A stretch of DNA of 64,000 nt, taken from Alkalispirochaeta sp. GTDB lineage: Bacteria; Spirochaetota; Spirochaetia; DSM-27196; Alkalispirochaetaceae. The DNA lies in contig OZ271854.1 of NCBI GenBank assembly GCA_965601925.1, forward strand, positions 4,576,001-4,640,000. The letters run 5' to 3'. Of this stretch, positions 20,232 to 29,663 are shown piece by piece (position 1 is the stretch's first letter; each line of letters begins with the position of its first letter). The notes under the pieces were generated by a model. That model saw nothing but the letters and a program-made list of their open reading frames with translations. It did no database searches and was not told where the DNA came from. A program made the translations under genes and the position numbers.

Positions 20232-20512
20232 CGTAGTGTTCCCTCTCCGACGGGAGGCGCCAAGCGCCTACTGTGGTGTTGTGCGACCGCCGCAAGAGCA
20301 GCCGCCGTGAGCCGGGCGCGTCGTGTGCGCCGCCGCATGTCGTCGCTCCGGCCGCCGGAGTCGACGGTGTCGCCCGCCCCCGACGCCGCGTCTGCGAGTG
20401 TGAGACGCCGTACGACCGCCGTCGAGACGCCCATTAACAGGACCAACACGGTGAGAAAGACAAATACCGCGCTCATACCCAGTACCGTGAGCTGTATTCC
20501 CGCGCTCATCAT
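20228..20512 (-). CDS. oadG: Oxaloacetate decarboxylase gamma subunit
   Basis: LTVLGMSAVFVFLTVL TM helix and AAALAAVAQHH; overlaps the oadA start. Confidence 0.9.
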   Translation of the reverse strand: MMSAGIQLTVLGMSAVFVFLTVLVLLMGVSTAVVRRLTLADAASGAGDTVDSGGRSDDMRRRTRRARLTAAALAAVAQHHSRRLAPPVGEGTLR

Positions 20513-20611
20513 GCGTTTGGAATCTCCCTTCGTAGAGCTATCGCGTCACAACCGTTCCACCCACCCATTTTTTTTCTTCATATCGCGACGAGAACCACGC
20601 GAAGACGAGCC

Positions 20612-20668
20612 ATTGTCAAAGCCACGCTGAACTCTGTAAACCTTAAAAATTGCGCTTTACTTCACTAT
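20612..20668 (-). promoter_or_regulatory. Sigma70-type promoter of oadGAB with a shared upstream motif
   Basis: Minus strand reads ATAGTGAAG-N10-TTTTT-AAGG-TTTACA-N17-GACAAT. Confidence 0.55.
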
Positions 20669-20704
20669 GACACCGTACAAAACCGAACTGTCGAAAAAAA
20701 ACGG

Positions 20705-21169
20705 TTATCGATCACCCAATACGGAGCTGACCACCCGTTCGAGGTGCGGATCGTCGACGCATTCGAGGGAGACCGCGCTTCCCGGCCGCCGCGTAAAGGA
20801 GGAGGTCAGCCGGCTGTGGAGGATGTGCACGCCGTCGTCGAGGCTCGTTACATCGTGCAAGAGCTCCTCGGTGCGACAATCGAGTCGCGACACTACCTCG
20901 TCGGCGGTCAATGAGAGACCGAAATGAGTCGCCTTCTCAGCGGCCAAGGCGCTGACGAGTCCGCCGTGAACGGTGGTGATCCCCATCGACGCGTAGAGAA
21001 AGACCGCACCTTGTCCGACGCGACTATCGATGAGACGGATAGAACGGAGATCGCCGAGAGCCGCTTCACCGCGTCGGTCGGCGAGGACGTAGCCCAGTAC
21101 AAAGAGCGGATAGAGCCACGATCCTCGCAGTACGACGGCGAGCACCCCGTCTCGGAAAACGGAGAGCAT
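20705..21169 (-). CDS. DUF1893 (TM1506-like) protein
   Basis: GSWLYPLF...DSRVGQGAVFLY...VHGGLVSALA...LDCRTEELL resembles the DUF1893 pattern; follows an ECF S-component gene. Confidence 0.7.
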   Translation of the reverse strand: MLSVFRDGVLAVVLRGSWLYPLFVLGYVLADRRGEAALGDLRSIRLIDSRVGQGAVFLYASMGITTVHGGLVSALAAEKATHFGLSLTADEVVSRLDCRTEELLHDVTSLDDGVHILHSRLTSSFTRRPGSAVSLECVDDPHLERVVSSVLGDR

Positions 21170-21181
21170 CGCCCGTCACCG

Positions 21182-21733
21182 TCAGTGCTGCGATCGTCCG
21201 GCGGACCGTACGATCGCCCCGGCGATGACCGGAACCGTAAGCACCTGCACGATCTGCATCGGCACTCCCGGGATGACCGATGAAGCCAGAAATCCGGGGA
21301 GCGCCGACGATCCTCCCAGGAAGAGAAGAAACCCACCCACGATTACCATTCGTCCGGCAACGCCCGCAACGGCCATCGCGAGGTAGAGGTTCCCTCTCAA
21401 CGCCTTACTTGCAAGAATCGCCGGGAGCGCCCCGTACAGGGCGAGCTCGATCGCCATCAGCGGCACCATAGGAAGGGCCGGCATACCGGTAAGCAGATGG
21501 TTAAGTACCGGAGCGGTAAGGCCCGCGATGAGTCCAGCCTTCCACCCGTAGACGGCGCCGGCGAGCATTACTCCCCAAAACATCGGCAGTACGCGAAACA
21601 CCGGCCAGCCGAGGGCGTGCGCAGCGAGGGGCGCCGCGACCGTCGCCGCGATGAAGATCCCCTCCAACAAAAATGCCCGCGCCCCGGCAAAGCTCAAGGG
21701 ACGCTCCGAACGTACAATCGTCGCCATAGTCAT
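21182..21733 (-). CDS. ECF transporter S component
   Basis: About 6 TM helices; LPMFWGVMLAGAVYGWKAGLIAGLTAPVLNHLLTGMP and PGVPMQIV; AAAGGAGAG RBS. Confidence 0.82.
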   Translation of the reverse strand: MTMATIVRSERPLSFAGARAFLLEGIFIAATVAAPLAAHALGWPVFRVLPMFWGVMLAGAVYGWKAGLIAGLTAPVLNHLLTGMPALPMVPLMAIELALYGALPAILASKALRGNLYLAMAVAGVAGRMVIVGGFLLFLGGSSALPGFLASSVIPGVPMQIVQVLTVPVIAGAIVRSAGRSQH

Positions 21734-21797
21734 GGATACCCTCTCCTTTATCTATCGTTGCGGGCCGCGCGCCGTCACCGGCGATCGTGCCGCCCGG

Positions 21798-23867
21798 CTA
21801 TGCTCGTTCCGCGTAACGTATCACAACGGCGTCACGACCACGAACGGTCGTCGTGAGCATACCGTCGGACAACGCCGCCTCGCCGCGTAACGGCGTAATC
21901 GTCGCGGCGTCGACGGGCACCGTGACCGCGACGCTCTCCCGATTGGCGTTGACCAGCCATAGCACGCGCTCGACATCGCCGTGCAGACGGGCAACGACAC
22001 CCTCCGGAAGTCCGCCGAAGCGAGGTCTGAGGCCGGCCCAATCCGCTACGGCGCGGAAGCCGGACAACGTCGCCGTCTTGAGATACCCGTAGCCGCAGAA
22101 GGTGCCGAGCAGTGCGGTGCGGCGGCCGAAGACGGCGGCCCGTCGGCCCTCCATGTAGGGTCCGGCATTGCTAAAGGTTGGACCGTCCCCGGCAAAGCTC
22201 TGGACATAGGCTCCGCCGGGTAGTAGAGCGTCGTCAAGGACTATGTGCACTCCGTCCAGCAGGTCGGGAAAAAATTCGACGCCCGTCTGCCGCGCGCCGA
22301 ACAGGCGATCGAGAAAGGCGGCGACATCCTCGGGATTGTGGTACCCCCGATCGTCGAAATAGCCGGGCAACGCCTCACAGATGAGCGTCCCCCCGCCGGC
22401 GACGTACCGTTCGAGTGCGTCTCTCGTCGCCCCCTTGAGGCGTACCGGAAAGGGGAGATACAGCACGGGATAGTCTTGCCATTGATCGACGACGGCCCAG
22501 TCGGGCTGAAAACCGAGATCGAAGAACGCCTTGTACGCCCCGCGCATCGATTGGGTGTACAGCTGCGTCTTACCGTGCATGGCGTAGGCGTAGTGTTGGC
22601 TCTCGGGGACGACGGCGATACCCAACTCCCCGCGTACCGGCCGCGCCTCCCACACCGCCGGATAATCGCGCACCCAGCCGGCCAGTGCCGAGGCCGCGGC
22701 GGAGCGGTCCGTGGCGGCCCCGTCGACGTCATAGGGCGCCAGGGAGTTGAAGCTCGGGCCGCCGAGGAGTGGCCGCATACGGGGATACATGATACCCCGG
22801 GCGCCGCCGGCCATGGATATCACGTTGGAAAGCCGTATGTCCTCCGGCTCCCGGATGCGTCCGTCCTCGCGGGGCCGCCCGATCTGAAACGGCCGGAACC
22901 AAACCGGCCCGCCCTGGTGCTCGGCGTGCCAAAAGTCCTTTCCCCGTGACGCCGCGCGTACCGTATCGACGGCGTGCCATTGTACGTAGGGCTCGATCCC
23001 CTGTCGCGACTGCACGAAGGTGAAGCCGAAGATATCGACGGTCTGCGCCGACCGCCAGTCGTCGGAACACGCCGTGGAGAGGGTCTGGAGAGAGGTCGCC
23101 TGTCCGTGGGAGGTGATGGGCGTGGCGGGATCGACGGCGCGAATCGTCTCGGCCCGCCACCGCATATTAGCGATCGCGTTGTCGACCCGAAAATCGAGCC
23201 AATCGAGGGTGTTGGGGTAGAAGGCGCTCTTCCGCGGCGCGTCGATCTGACTCCAGTCGGTTATCCCGTAGAGACCCCACGCCTCGGACAACGTCCCCAG
23301 CTCGCCGTACTTCTCTCGCAACCATACTCGAAAGGCGGCGATCGTCGGCGGCGAAAAATCGTAGTCCTCCGCTTTGCCGGCCTGATTCTGGGGGAACTTG
23401 GCCTCGTTGACGATGTCGTAGTAACCGAGACCCGGATGGTCTTTGTAGCGGTCGGCGAGCTGCGTCAGGAAGTTGCCGGCGAGTTCCCGCGCGCCGGGGT
23501 GGTTGAGGTTGAGCCCCGGAAAGCCGCCCGCGACGCAGGAATGGCTCATCTGACTTCCGTCGTAACGACCCCAACGGTCCATGAGCCGCGCCTCCGGCAG
23601 CGTGGCGAAAGCCCACGCCGGCGCAGAGGTAATCTTCTCCTGGATGATCGTCTTAAGGCCGTACTCGGCGGCGAGATCGAGGTGCCGATCGTAGAGGCCC
23701 CAGTCGAATACTCCCGGGGCGATCTCGACGGCGGACCACAGGAACCAGTGGCGAAACACCGTCCACCCGTCCTCCGCCGCCCTACGATAGTCCCGTTCCC
23801 AATCCCGCTGCGGCGGATTGGTGCGCCGGAAATAGACCGAGCCGTAGGGGAATACCGGCAGGCTCAC
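21798..23867 (-). CDS. Beta-galactosidase-like glycoside hydrolase (GH42-type with trimerisation domain)
   Basis: WSAVEIAPGVFDW, APAW, DIVNE (acid/base), WHAEHQGG (nucleophile), VLYLP...YVAGGGTLI. GTG start at 23867 chosen; the ORF-track start is 24008. Confidence 0.85.
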   Translation of the reverse strand: MSLPVFPYGSVYFRRTNPPQRDWERDYRRAAEDGWTVFRHWFLWSAVEIAPGVFDWGLYDRHLDLAAEYGLKTIIQEKITSAPAWAFATLPEARLMDRWGRYDGSQMSHSCVAGGFPGLNLNHPGARELAGNFLTQLADRYKDHPGLGYYDIVNEAKFPQNQAGKAEDYDFSPPTIAAFRVWLREKYGELGTLSEAWGLYGITDWSQIDAPRKSAFYPNTLDWLDFRVDNAIANMRWRAETIRAVDPATPITSHGQATSLQTLSTACSDDWRSAQTVDIFGFTFVQSRQGIEPYVQWHAVDTVRAASRGKDFWHAEHQGGPVWFRPFQIGRPREDGRIREPEDIRLSNVISMAGGARGIMYPRMRPLLGGPSFNSLAPYDVDGAATDRSAAASALAGWVRDYPAVWEARPVRGELGIAVVPESQHYAYAMHGKTQLYTQSMRGAYKAFFDLGFQPDWAVVDQWQDYPVLYLPFPVRLKGATRDALERYVAGGGTLICEALPGYFDDRGYHNPEDVAAFLDRLFGARQTGVEFFPDLLDGVHIVLDDALLPGGAYVQSFAGDGPTFSNAGPYMEGRRAAVFGRRTALLGTFCGYGYLKTATLSGFRAVADWAGLRPRFGGLPEGVVARLHGDVERVLWLVNANRESVAVTVPVDAATITPLRGEAALSDGMLTTTVRGRDAVVIRYAERA

Positions 23868-24006
23868 GCCGCGCCGCCTCGATCGGTACCTTCGACACAC
23901 GTATGTCGAGGGGTGCCGACGGAGAGTTGTCTCGTCGTAGGTGCTCTCATACATCCTCCTCGACGCGTTCGGACTGTAAGCAATCGGTCCCGCGGCGATG
24001 CACACC

Positions 24007-24072
24007 ATTATGGGGACCGTCCCTCACTCCCGATACTGGAAATTGTGGTCACAACTCCAACGATGGGGTGCA
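24007..24072 (-). promoter_or_regulatory. Putative AraC-activated promoter of the GH42 gene
   Basis: 24031-24072 is 33/42 identical to 26320-26361, followed on the minus strand by a CATAAT -10 box at 24007-24012. Confidence 0.65.
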
Positions 24073-24212
24073 ACAACCGGTGTGGAGCTTACTCTCTCCC
24101 TCACGGCGCGCCGAGGAGAAGCCGATGTCCCCGGCGACGCGAATCGCGGTGATCGGTGTATTCACTCTTCGGCGGCGCCGTCCATCGCGGCTCGCCCCGA
24201 CGATCCGCCGGG

Positions 24213-24250
24213 AAAAAAAGGACCCCGGAGCGAAGTGCCGCTCCGGGGTC
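24213..24250 (-). terminator. Rho-independent terminator after the family-5 SBP gene
   Basis: Minus strand GACCCCGGAGCG-gcactt-CGCTCCGGGGTC-C-TTTTTTT: perfect 12-bp stem with a U7 tract. Confidence 0.9.
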
Positions 24251-24293
24251 GTCCCTAACCAAATCGTCATACCGCCACTCGACGGTACCTCGG

Positions 24294-26240
24294 CTACTTT
24301 CGACTCCCGTCGACGAAGTAGAACTGCGACATATCCATCGCGCCCGGTTGGGCGAAGCGACTTCCCCTGTTCCACGTCTCCGCCACATTCCGCAGTCGGT
24401 TGTTGACGATACCGTACTCACCGACGGGTATACAGATGCCCATCATCGGAAAGTTGTCGGCCGCCAGCTGGAGTATCTCGTGCATCATGCGATGCTGTTC
24501 AGCCTCATCGGGAGTACGTTGAATCCGGTCGTACAGATCGAGGCCCTCGGCGACCCACGGGAGCGGCTCCTCCTGATCGCCGTCGAGATCGAACTTCCAG
24601 TTATACCAGGCGATCCCCCACGCCGAGTCGTTGTCGGTCGGAATGTGCATCTGAGGACGGATCAACACGTCGCTCCACCCCGACTCGCCGTCGTCGATCA
24701 TCACCTCAATTTGATTGCTGTTTCGCAACTGCCGCTGAAAGGACTTCTCGACGGGACGGTTGATGGCGTATACGCCGACGGCGCGCCACATGGGGATAAT
24801 CATCTCCATCGTATCGTTCATCCATACCTTGTCCGCACGGGTCGTGACGATAAACTCGAATCGCTCGCCGTCCGGCCCGATACGCCACCCCTCGGCGTCG
24901 CGTCGGTCCAGGCCGACCTCGTCGAGGAGCCTATTGGCAAGATCGGGGTCGTACTCGGTGTACTGCTTGGCGAGCTGCTCGTTGAAGAATCCCGATCCGC
25001 GTTGCGGCGAGATCTGCCACGGCTCACCCTGTCCGACGAAGACGACGTCGATGATCTCTTGGCGATTAATGGCGTGAGACATCGCCCGGCGAAAGCGGAT
25101 ATCGCGAAAGACGGGCCGCAGCACCGGATCGTTGGTCGTCTGATTGAAGTACAGAGCGCTCCAGTTGGAGCTCCCCGACTGGAGCTCGACGACGTCGTAC
25201 CCGCCGATCTGCTGGTTGTCGACGAAGACCGCCTTGTTGTCCAAGTTGTTAATACGTCGCGCCATGAAGTCGACCTCCCCGCCGAGGGTTCGCAGAACCA
25301 TCGGCTCGGGATCGTCAAAGAGGAAGTAGACGACACGGTCGAGGTACGGCAACTGACGCCCCTCACTGTCGACCTTCCAGTAGTACGGGTTGCGCTCCAT
25401 GACGAACTGCGTCGTCGCCTCGCCGATGGATTGGGTCGGAACCCAGGCGTTCAACGTCGGGAGTTCCGGGTTGTTCCAGCTGTCGTTCATGATGCCGAAG
25501 TACGTCGCCCAATCGGCAAATCCCGCCTCGCGCGCCACGCGATCGGCGTCGGAGTTGAAGTCCTGGTGAAACCCCTCCAAGTAGTGCGCCGGGTAGGTCA
25601 CCATGTCGTTGCCGTCTGCGGTAACCATCTGCACGGCAAAGAAGGCGTTCGGCTCCTCAAAGGTAAAGCGAATCGTGTAGTCGTCGATCCGCTCGGCCTC
25701 CCAGTCGCCGCTCCCTCGGAGGTACGGCGGGGCGTCGGCCAGCTCGGGGTGCTTGATCACGTGGTCCGTATAGAAGAGAAGATCGTCGACGGTAAAGGGC
25801 TCCCCGTCGGACCATCGCGTCCCCTCGCGGAGGGTGATCGTCCAGACTCGCGCGTCCTCGGACGTTTCGACCGACTCGGCGAGGCCGGGGATCGTACCGT
25901 TCGCTTGGGCGTTCCAGCGGATCAGCGGATCGTACATGGCCGAGATATTGAGGTAAAAGTCGTCCGCGGCGCCGCGAAGGCCCGTATACAAGGTTCCGCC
26001 GTAGACGCCGGGGCCTTCGATAAGCTCGGGAACGTACGGATTGTCCGGCAGTCGCTCGTCCAGAGGCGGCAACTCTCCGGCGGCGACCAGCTCGGCCAGA
26101 GCGGGCGCCTCCATACCGTCGCCGACGACGGCCCGCGCCGTGTCCTCCGGTGCTCCGCCGCAACCGGCCAATAACAAGATCAAAAGGCCAAAGGTCGCGC
26201 ATATCATCACGCATACACGTGAACGGTGGTGTGGTATCAT
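24294..26240 (-). CDS. ABC transporter substrate-binding lipoprotein, family 5 (DppA/OppA-like)
   Basis: Lipobox LLAGC, GELPPLDERLP, LREGTRWSDGEPFTVDD, ERNPYYWKVD..GRQLPYLD, FRRAMSHAINR. AAGGAGG RBS before ATG 26240. Confidence 0.92.
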   Translation of the reverse strand: MIPHHRSRVCVMICATFGLLILLLAGCGGAPEDTARAVVGDGMEAPALAELVAAGELPPLDERLPDNPYVPELIEGPGVYGGTLYTGLRGAADDFYLNISAMYDPLIRWNAQANGTIPGLAESVETSEDARVWTITLREGTRWSDGEPFTVDDLLFYTDHVIKHPELADAPPYLRGSGDWEAERIDDYTIRFTFEEPNAFFAVQMVTADGNDMVTYPAHYLEGFHQDFNSDADRVAREAGFADWATYFGIMNDSWNNPELPTLNAWVPTQSIGEATTQFVMERNPYYWKVDSEGRQLPYLDRVVYFLFDDPEPMVLRTLGGEVDFMARRINNLDNKAVFVDNQQIGGYDVVELQSGSSNWSALYFNQTTNDPVLRPVFRDIRFRRAMSHAINRQEIIDVVFVGQGEPWQISPQRGSGFFNEQLAKQYTEYDPDLANRLLDEVGLDRRDAEGWRIGPDGERFEFIVTTRADKVWMNDTMEMIIPMWRAVGVYAINRPVEKSFQRQLRNSNQIEVMIDDGESGWSDVLIRPQMHIPTDNDSAWGIAWYNWKFDLDGDQEEPLPWVAEGLDLYDRIQRTPDEAEQHRMMHEILQLAADNFPMMGICIPVGEYGIVNNRLRNVAETWNRGSRFAQPGAMDMSQFYFVDGSRK

Positions 26241-26294
26241 GCAATCCCTCCTTCTTATAATGAGGTCTTTGGTGCGCCCCATCGCTCGTATCTC

Positions 26295-26361
26295 ATTATG
26301 AGGAGAGCTTTTTCGTTCTCGATACTTCAAAATTCGGTCACAACTCCACCGAGCGGATGCA
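26295..26361 (-). promoter_or_regulatory. Putative AraC-activated promoter of the family-5 SBP gene
   Basis: Second copy of the 42-bp motif, plus CATAAT at 26295-26300. Confidence 0.65.
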
Positions 26362-26384
26362 GTAATGAGCATTAGACTTGTCGA

Positions 26385-28712
26385 TCATGCCCGATTGTCG
26401 GCGCCGCCGATGGTCGGATGGAGGAGAATGAACTCACGCGGCGTCGTCCCGAAGCGGCGCTTAAACAGTTGATAAAAGTACGTCTCGTTTTGGATACCGA
26501 CGGCGGAGGCGACGTCGGCGATGCTCTTGTCGCTCCTGGTCATGAGCTCGCGCGCCTCCTGAAGGCGCAGCTCATTGATCCGATTTGCCACCGACTCGCC
26601 GGTGATCTGTTTGTATACCTTCCCGACGTACGACGGCGAGAGCTTGAGGGCGTCGGCGATCATTTTAAGGCAGAGGCCGTGATCGGTAAGGCTCTCACGG
26701 ATGATCTGATTGACGGTGTGGGCGATGATGATCGACTTGCTCCGCACCGCCTCGGCGTGGGTACCCCGAAATCGCGGGATCGTTTCCGCGATTCGACGGC
26801 GGGTGTTATCCAACGGCTCAGAGAGAAAGACGGTGGAGTAGATATCCGTATAGTCCACCTCAATCGGAATACCGCGACTGCGGCCCAGCTCTTCGGCCAC
26901 CGTCTCTAATGCAAAGAGCAGCCGCGCCAGAGCGACGGCGATGTCGTTGAAGCGCATACGCCGCAGTCGCTCGAAAAAGGCATCGAGCGTCTCCTCCGCC
27001 TCTTGATATTTCTCGCTGCGGATATGCTCCAGAAGGCGCTCCTCGATCTTCTCGGGATAGGGCTCCGACGACTCGAGATTTTCGCGAATGTTCAGCGGAT
27101 TGATGATCCCGAGATCGCCCATCGTCTTCCGATACCGGAGGTTTTGACGCACCGAGGCGTAGACGGCGGCCAGATCGCGGGGGTCCGAGACCGTGTCGCT
27201 GAGGCTCACGACGCAATCGACGTGGTGCTCCTCGTGCATGCAGCGCTGAAAGGCGCGAATAACGGGCATTAGATCGGTCACGTAGTCAAGGGTTGAACGG
27301 TCGAGACCCAGAAGCACTCCGATTCGATTTCTGAACATCGGAGCCGCCTCGACCGTTAGTCCGTGGCCGCGCACCGCGGAGGCGAACTCCTCCATTACCT
27401 TGATCTTGATCATCTCCAGATCGCGATCGAAGTCTCCGAAAGGAGAGTTGGGAACGCGAATGCGTACCGCCGCAACCGCCGTCGGCCCCTTCAGGTCGAC
27501 GGTGAAACGTTCCATCGAATCGATCTGCGCAAGCGCCTGGTCGGTGAGCGCGGCGCTATGAAAGAGGAGAGAGCGTACGTAGTAGCTCTTGAGCGAGACG
27601 ACGTTCATTCGCGCCTCGATTTCGAGTCGGTCCAGGCGATTTACCATCCATCCGTAGGCCCCGCGAACCTCCTCGAACTCAGTGCGTCCCTCGCTCACCG
27701 GCTCGCGGCCGATACGACGGCGGAGGTCGTCGGTAAGACGGCGGATCGGGCGGTTGAGCACGGCGGCGACGATCATGGAGGCGCCGAGGACCGCGACGAG
27801 GATCGAAAGAGCGCCCGAGACCGTGACTGCCGACAACGGTCTGAGGGCCGCAAATATGCGGCGATGCTCACGGTAACGTATGATACCCCACGGTCTATCC
27901 TCCGGAGACACGCGATCCACGCGGACCCGCACCCCTCCCCGCTCCACGGTGCCGCCTCGAGGCACTCCCGCCGCCACGTCGGATAGTATCCCCTGCATTT
28001 CCTCGAGATGTTCGGCGTGGCGATCGAGTCCGACCAAATCCCCCTCGGCGGTTCGCATCGCCCACCGTGCGGCACTCGCCGCGTCGGTCCTCGGAAAGAC
28101 GCGCTCCAAGAGCCACGGGACCTCGATGTTGAAGAGCACGCCCCCCGGTACGGAGTCGGCGGTCGGCTGGTACGGATAGTAGACCGACAGCACACGCTCC
28201 GGCGCCTCGTCGGAAAAGAGGTAATCCGTGTCCCAACGAAAGGCGCTCTGGCCCCGTACCAGCTGGGGGTAGCGCGCCACGATCCGGAAGAGCGAGGGCG
28301 CCGCGTCGGCCGTCCCGTAGCGCGTCGAGTAGACGGTGTTGGTATAGGGGTTGAAGACGTTGACGGAGTGCAGAATCGCCGAGTCGGCGGCGAGGGCGCG
28401 GAGGGAGTGGAGGTGGTTAAGCCCGCCCGCGGAGAAATCTCGCGCCGAGGCGGTCAAGAGCGCTTGGGTATCGCGACTCGCGTAGATCGACTGCGCGACG
28501 CTTCGGGCGAGCTCCTCGGCGAGCAGCGCGTTGCGCTGCGCCTCGTCCAGCTCACGACGAGCGATATCCGCTTCGAGAGTTAACGCGTTGCGGCGGAGTT
28601 GCACGTGATACAAAGCAAACAGGGCGCCGAGCACCAGGCAGAATGTCGTCGTGACGACGAGAAATGCGTGCAGTAGATACGGCTTCCGGGAAGGAAGGGT
28701 AAAATGGCCCAT
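26385..28712 (-). CDS. Membrane-anchored AraC-family regulator with extracytoplasmic sensor domain
   Basis: Two TM helices flank a Cache-like region; C-terminal double HTH (LCLKMIADALKLSPSYVGKVYK...VGIQNETYFYQLFKRRFGTTPREF). Start uncertain (28712, 28790 or 28808). Confidence 0.9.
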   Translation of the reverse strand: MGHFTLPSRKPYLLHAFLVVTTTFCLVLGALFALYHVQLRRNALTLEADIARRELDEAQRNALLAEELARSVAQSIYASRDTQALLTASARDFSAGGLNHLHSLRALAADSAILHSVNVFNPYTNTVYSTRYGTADAAPSLFRIVARYPQLVRGQSAFRWDTDYLFSDEAPERVLSVYYPYQPTADSVPGGVLFNIEVPWLLERVFPRTDAASAARWAMRTAEGDLVGLDRHAEHLEEMQGILSDVAAGVPRGGTVERGGVRVRVDRVSPEDRPWGIIRYREHRRIFAALRPLSAVTVSGALSILVAVLGASMIVAAVLNRPIRRLTDDLRRRIGREPVSEGRTEFEEVRGAYGWMVNRLDRLEIEARMNVVSLKSYYVRSLLFHSAALTDQALAQIDSMERFTVDLKGPTAVAAVRIRVPNSPFGDFDRDLEMIKIKVMEEFASAVRGHGLTVEAAPMFRNRIGVLLGLDRSTLDYVTDLMPVIRAFQRCMHEEHHVDCVVSLSDTVSDPRDLAAVYASVRQNLRYRKTMGDLGIINPLNIRENLESSEPYPEKIEERLLEHIRSEKYQEAEETLDAFFERLRRMRFNDIAVALARLLFALETVAEELGRSRGIPIEVDYTDIYSTVFLSEPLDNTRRRIAETIPRFRGTHAEAVRSKSIIIAHTVNQIIRESLTDHGLCLKMIADALKLSPSYVGKVYKQITGESVANRINELRLQEARELMTRSDKSIADVASAVGIQNETYFYQLFKRRFGTTPREFILLHPTIGGADNRA

Positions 28713-28835
28713 CGCGCGGCGCCGATTACCCTCGGATAGATCGATCCGCCGCGCGGAACGGCCCCCTTGTGCGGTACCTTTTGAGCTCATAATATCCCAT
28801 AGTACCATGAAAATACTGGGAGCAGACTCGCCGCC

Positions 28836-29576
28836 GTGCCGGTAGAGATCGACACGTTACTCTTCCTCGCCGCCGTAACGCTCGCGGCGACGGTCCACGC
28901 CGTAGCCGGATTCGGGTTCGGTCTGATTGCGGTCACCGCCGCGACCCAGCTCTTCGACATCCGCACCGCGGTGGCGACACTCTCGTTCGCAAGCCTCGCG
29001 GTGAGTCTAACCGTGCTCCTGCGCCTGCGCCGCCACCTCCGGTGGGAGGGGCTTGCTCCGCTGATCCTCGCATCCCTTGTCGGTGTCCCCATCGGCATCG
29101 CACTGCTTCGTCGCGCCGACCCTTCGATCCTCATGACCGCCCTCGGGGTGCTCTTGGTAGGGGCGGCGATACAGGGCCTCTTCTTCCGTCCCGGTCCGAG
29201 AGCGTGGCCCCCGGCGGCCGGCGTACTGTGCGGATTGCTCTCCGGCGCCCTCGCCGGCGCCTTCGGAACCGGGGGACCGCCGGCCACCGTTTACATTCTC
29301 AATCAGCACTTCGATCGCTTCCGTCACGTCGCATCCATACAGGCGATACTCCTCATCGGTAACGTAGTGCGCCTTCCGCTGTTGGTCGCCGGTGGCGAGA
29401 TCACATGGTCCGTCGCGGCGCCGGGGCTCGTCGGCGCGGCCATCGCCGCTCTCGGCTCCCTCGTGGGGTTGAAGGTCCTCGACGGAGTGCCGACACCGGC
29501 GGTGAAGCGTCTCGTCCTCCTCCTTTTGGCGGTCGTTGGTATCCGTTACGTCATAGTCTACTCGTTCCTACAGTGA
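28836..29576 (+). CDS. TauE/SafE-family (TSUP) permease
   Basis: AGFGFGLI and GALAGAFGTGGPP repeats; about 8 TM helices. Confidence 0.9.
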   Translation: MPVEIDTLLFLAAVTLAATVHAVAGFGFGLIAVTAATQLFDIRTAVATLSFASLAVSLTVLLRLRRHLRWEGLAPLILASLVGVPIGIALLRRADPSILMTALGVLLVGAAIQGLFFRPGPRAWPPAAGVLCGLLSGALAGAFGTGGPPATVYILNQHFDRFRHVASIQAILLIGNVVRLPLLVAGGEITWSVAAPGLVGAAIAALGSLVGLKVLDGVPTPAVKRLVLLLLAVVGIRYVIVYSFLQ

Positions 29577-29583
29577 GAAAGAC

Positions 29584-29635
29584 GAGAAATACCCATTTTT
29601 TAAAGTTTACAGTTCCACGATAGGCCGCTGACAAT
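29584..29635 (+). promoter_or_regulatory. Promoter of the tartrate-dehydrogenase operon with a conserved upstream motif
   Basis: GAGAAATACCCATTTTTTAAAGTTTACAGTT is 26/31 identical to 48075-48105; TTTACA-N18-GACAAT. Confidence 0.65.
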
Positions 29636-29663
29636 CCAGACATATCATTTTGAGGACTCGACG

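Noticed and set aside
24156..26174. 672-aa plus-strand ORF
   Set aside because: Antisense shadow of the family-5 SBP gene with no motifs. Such ORFs are typical of high-GC DNA with strong codon bias.
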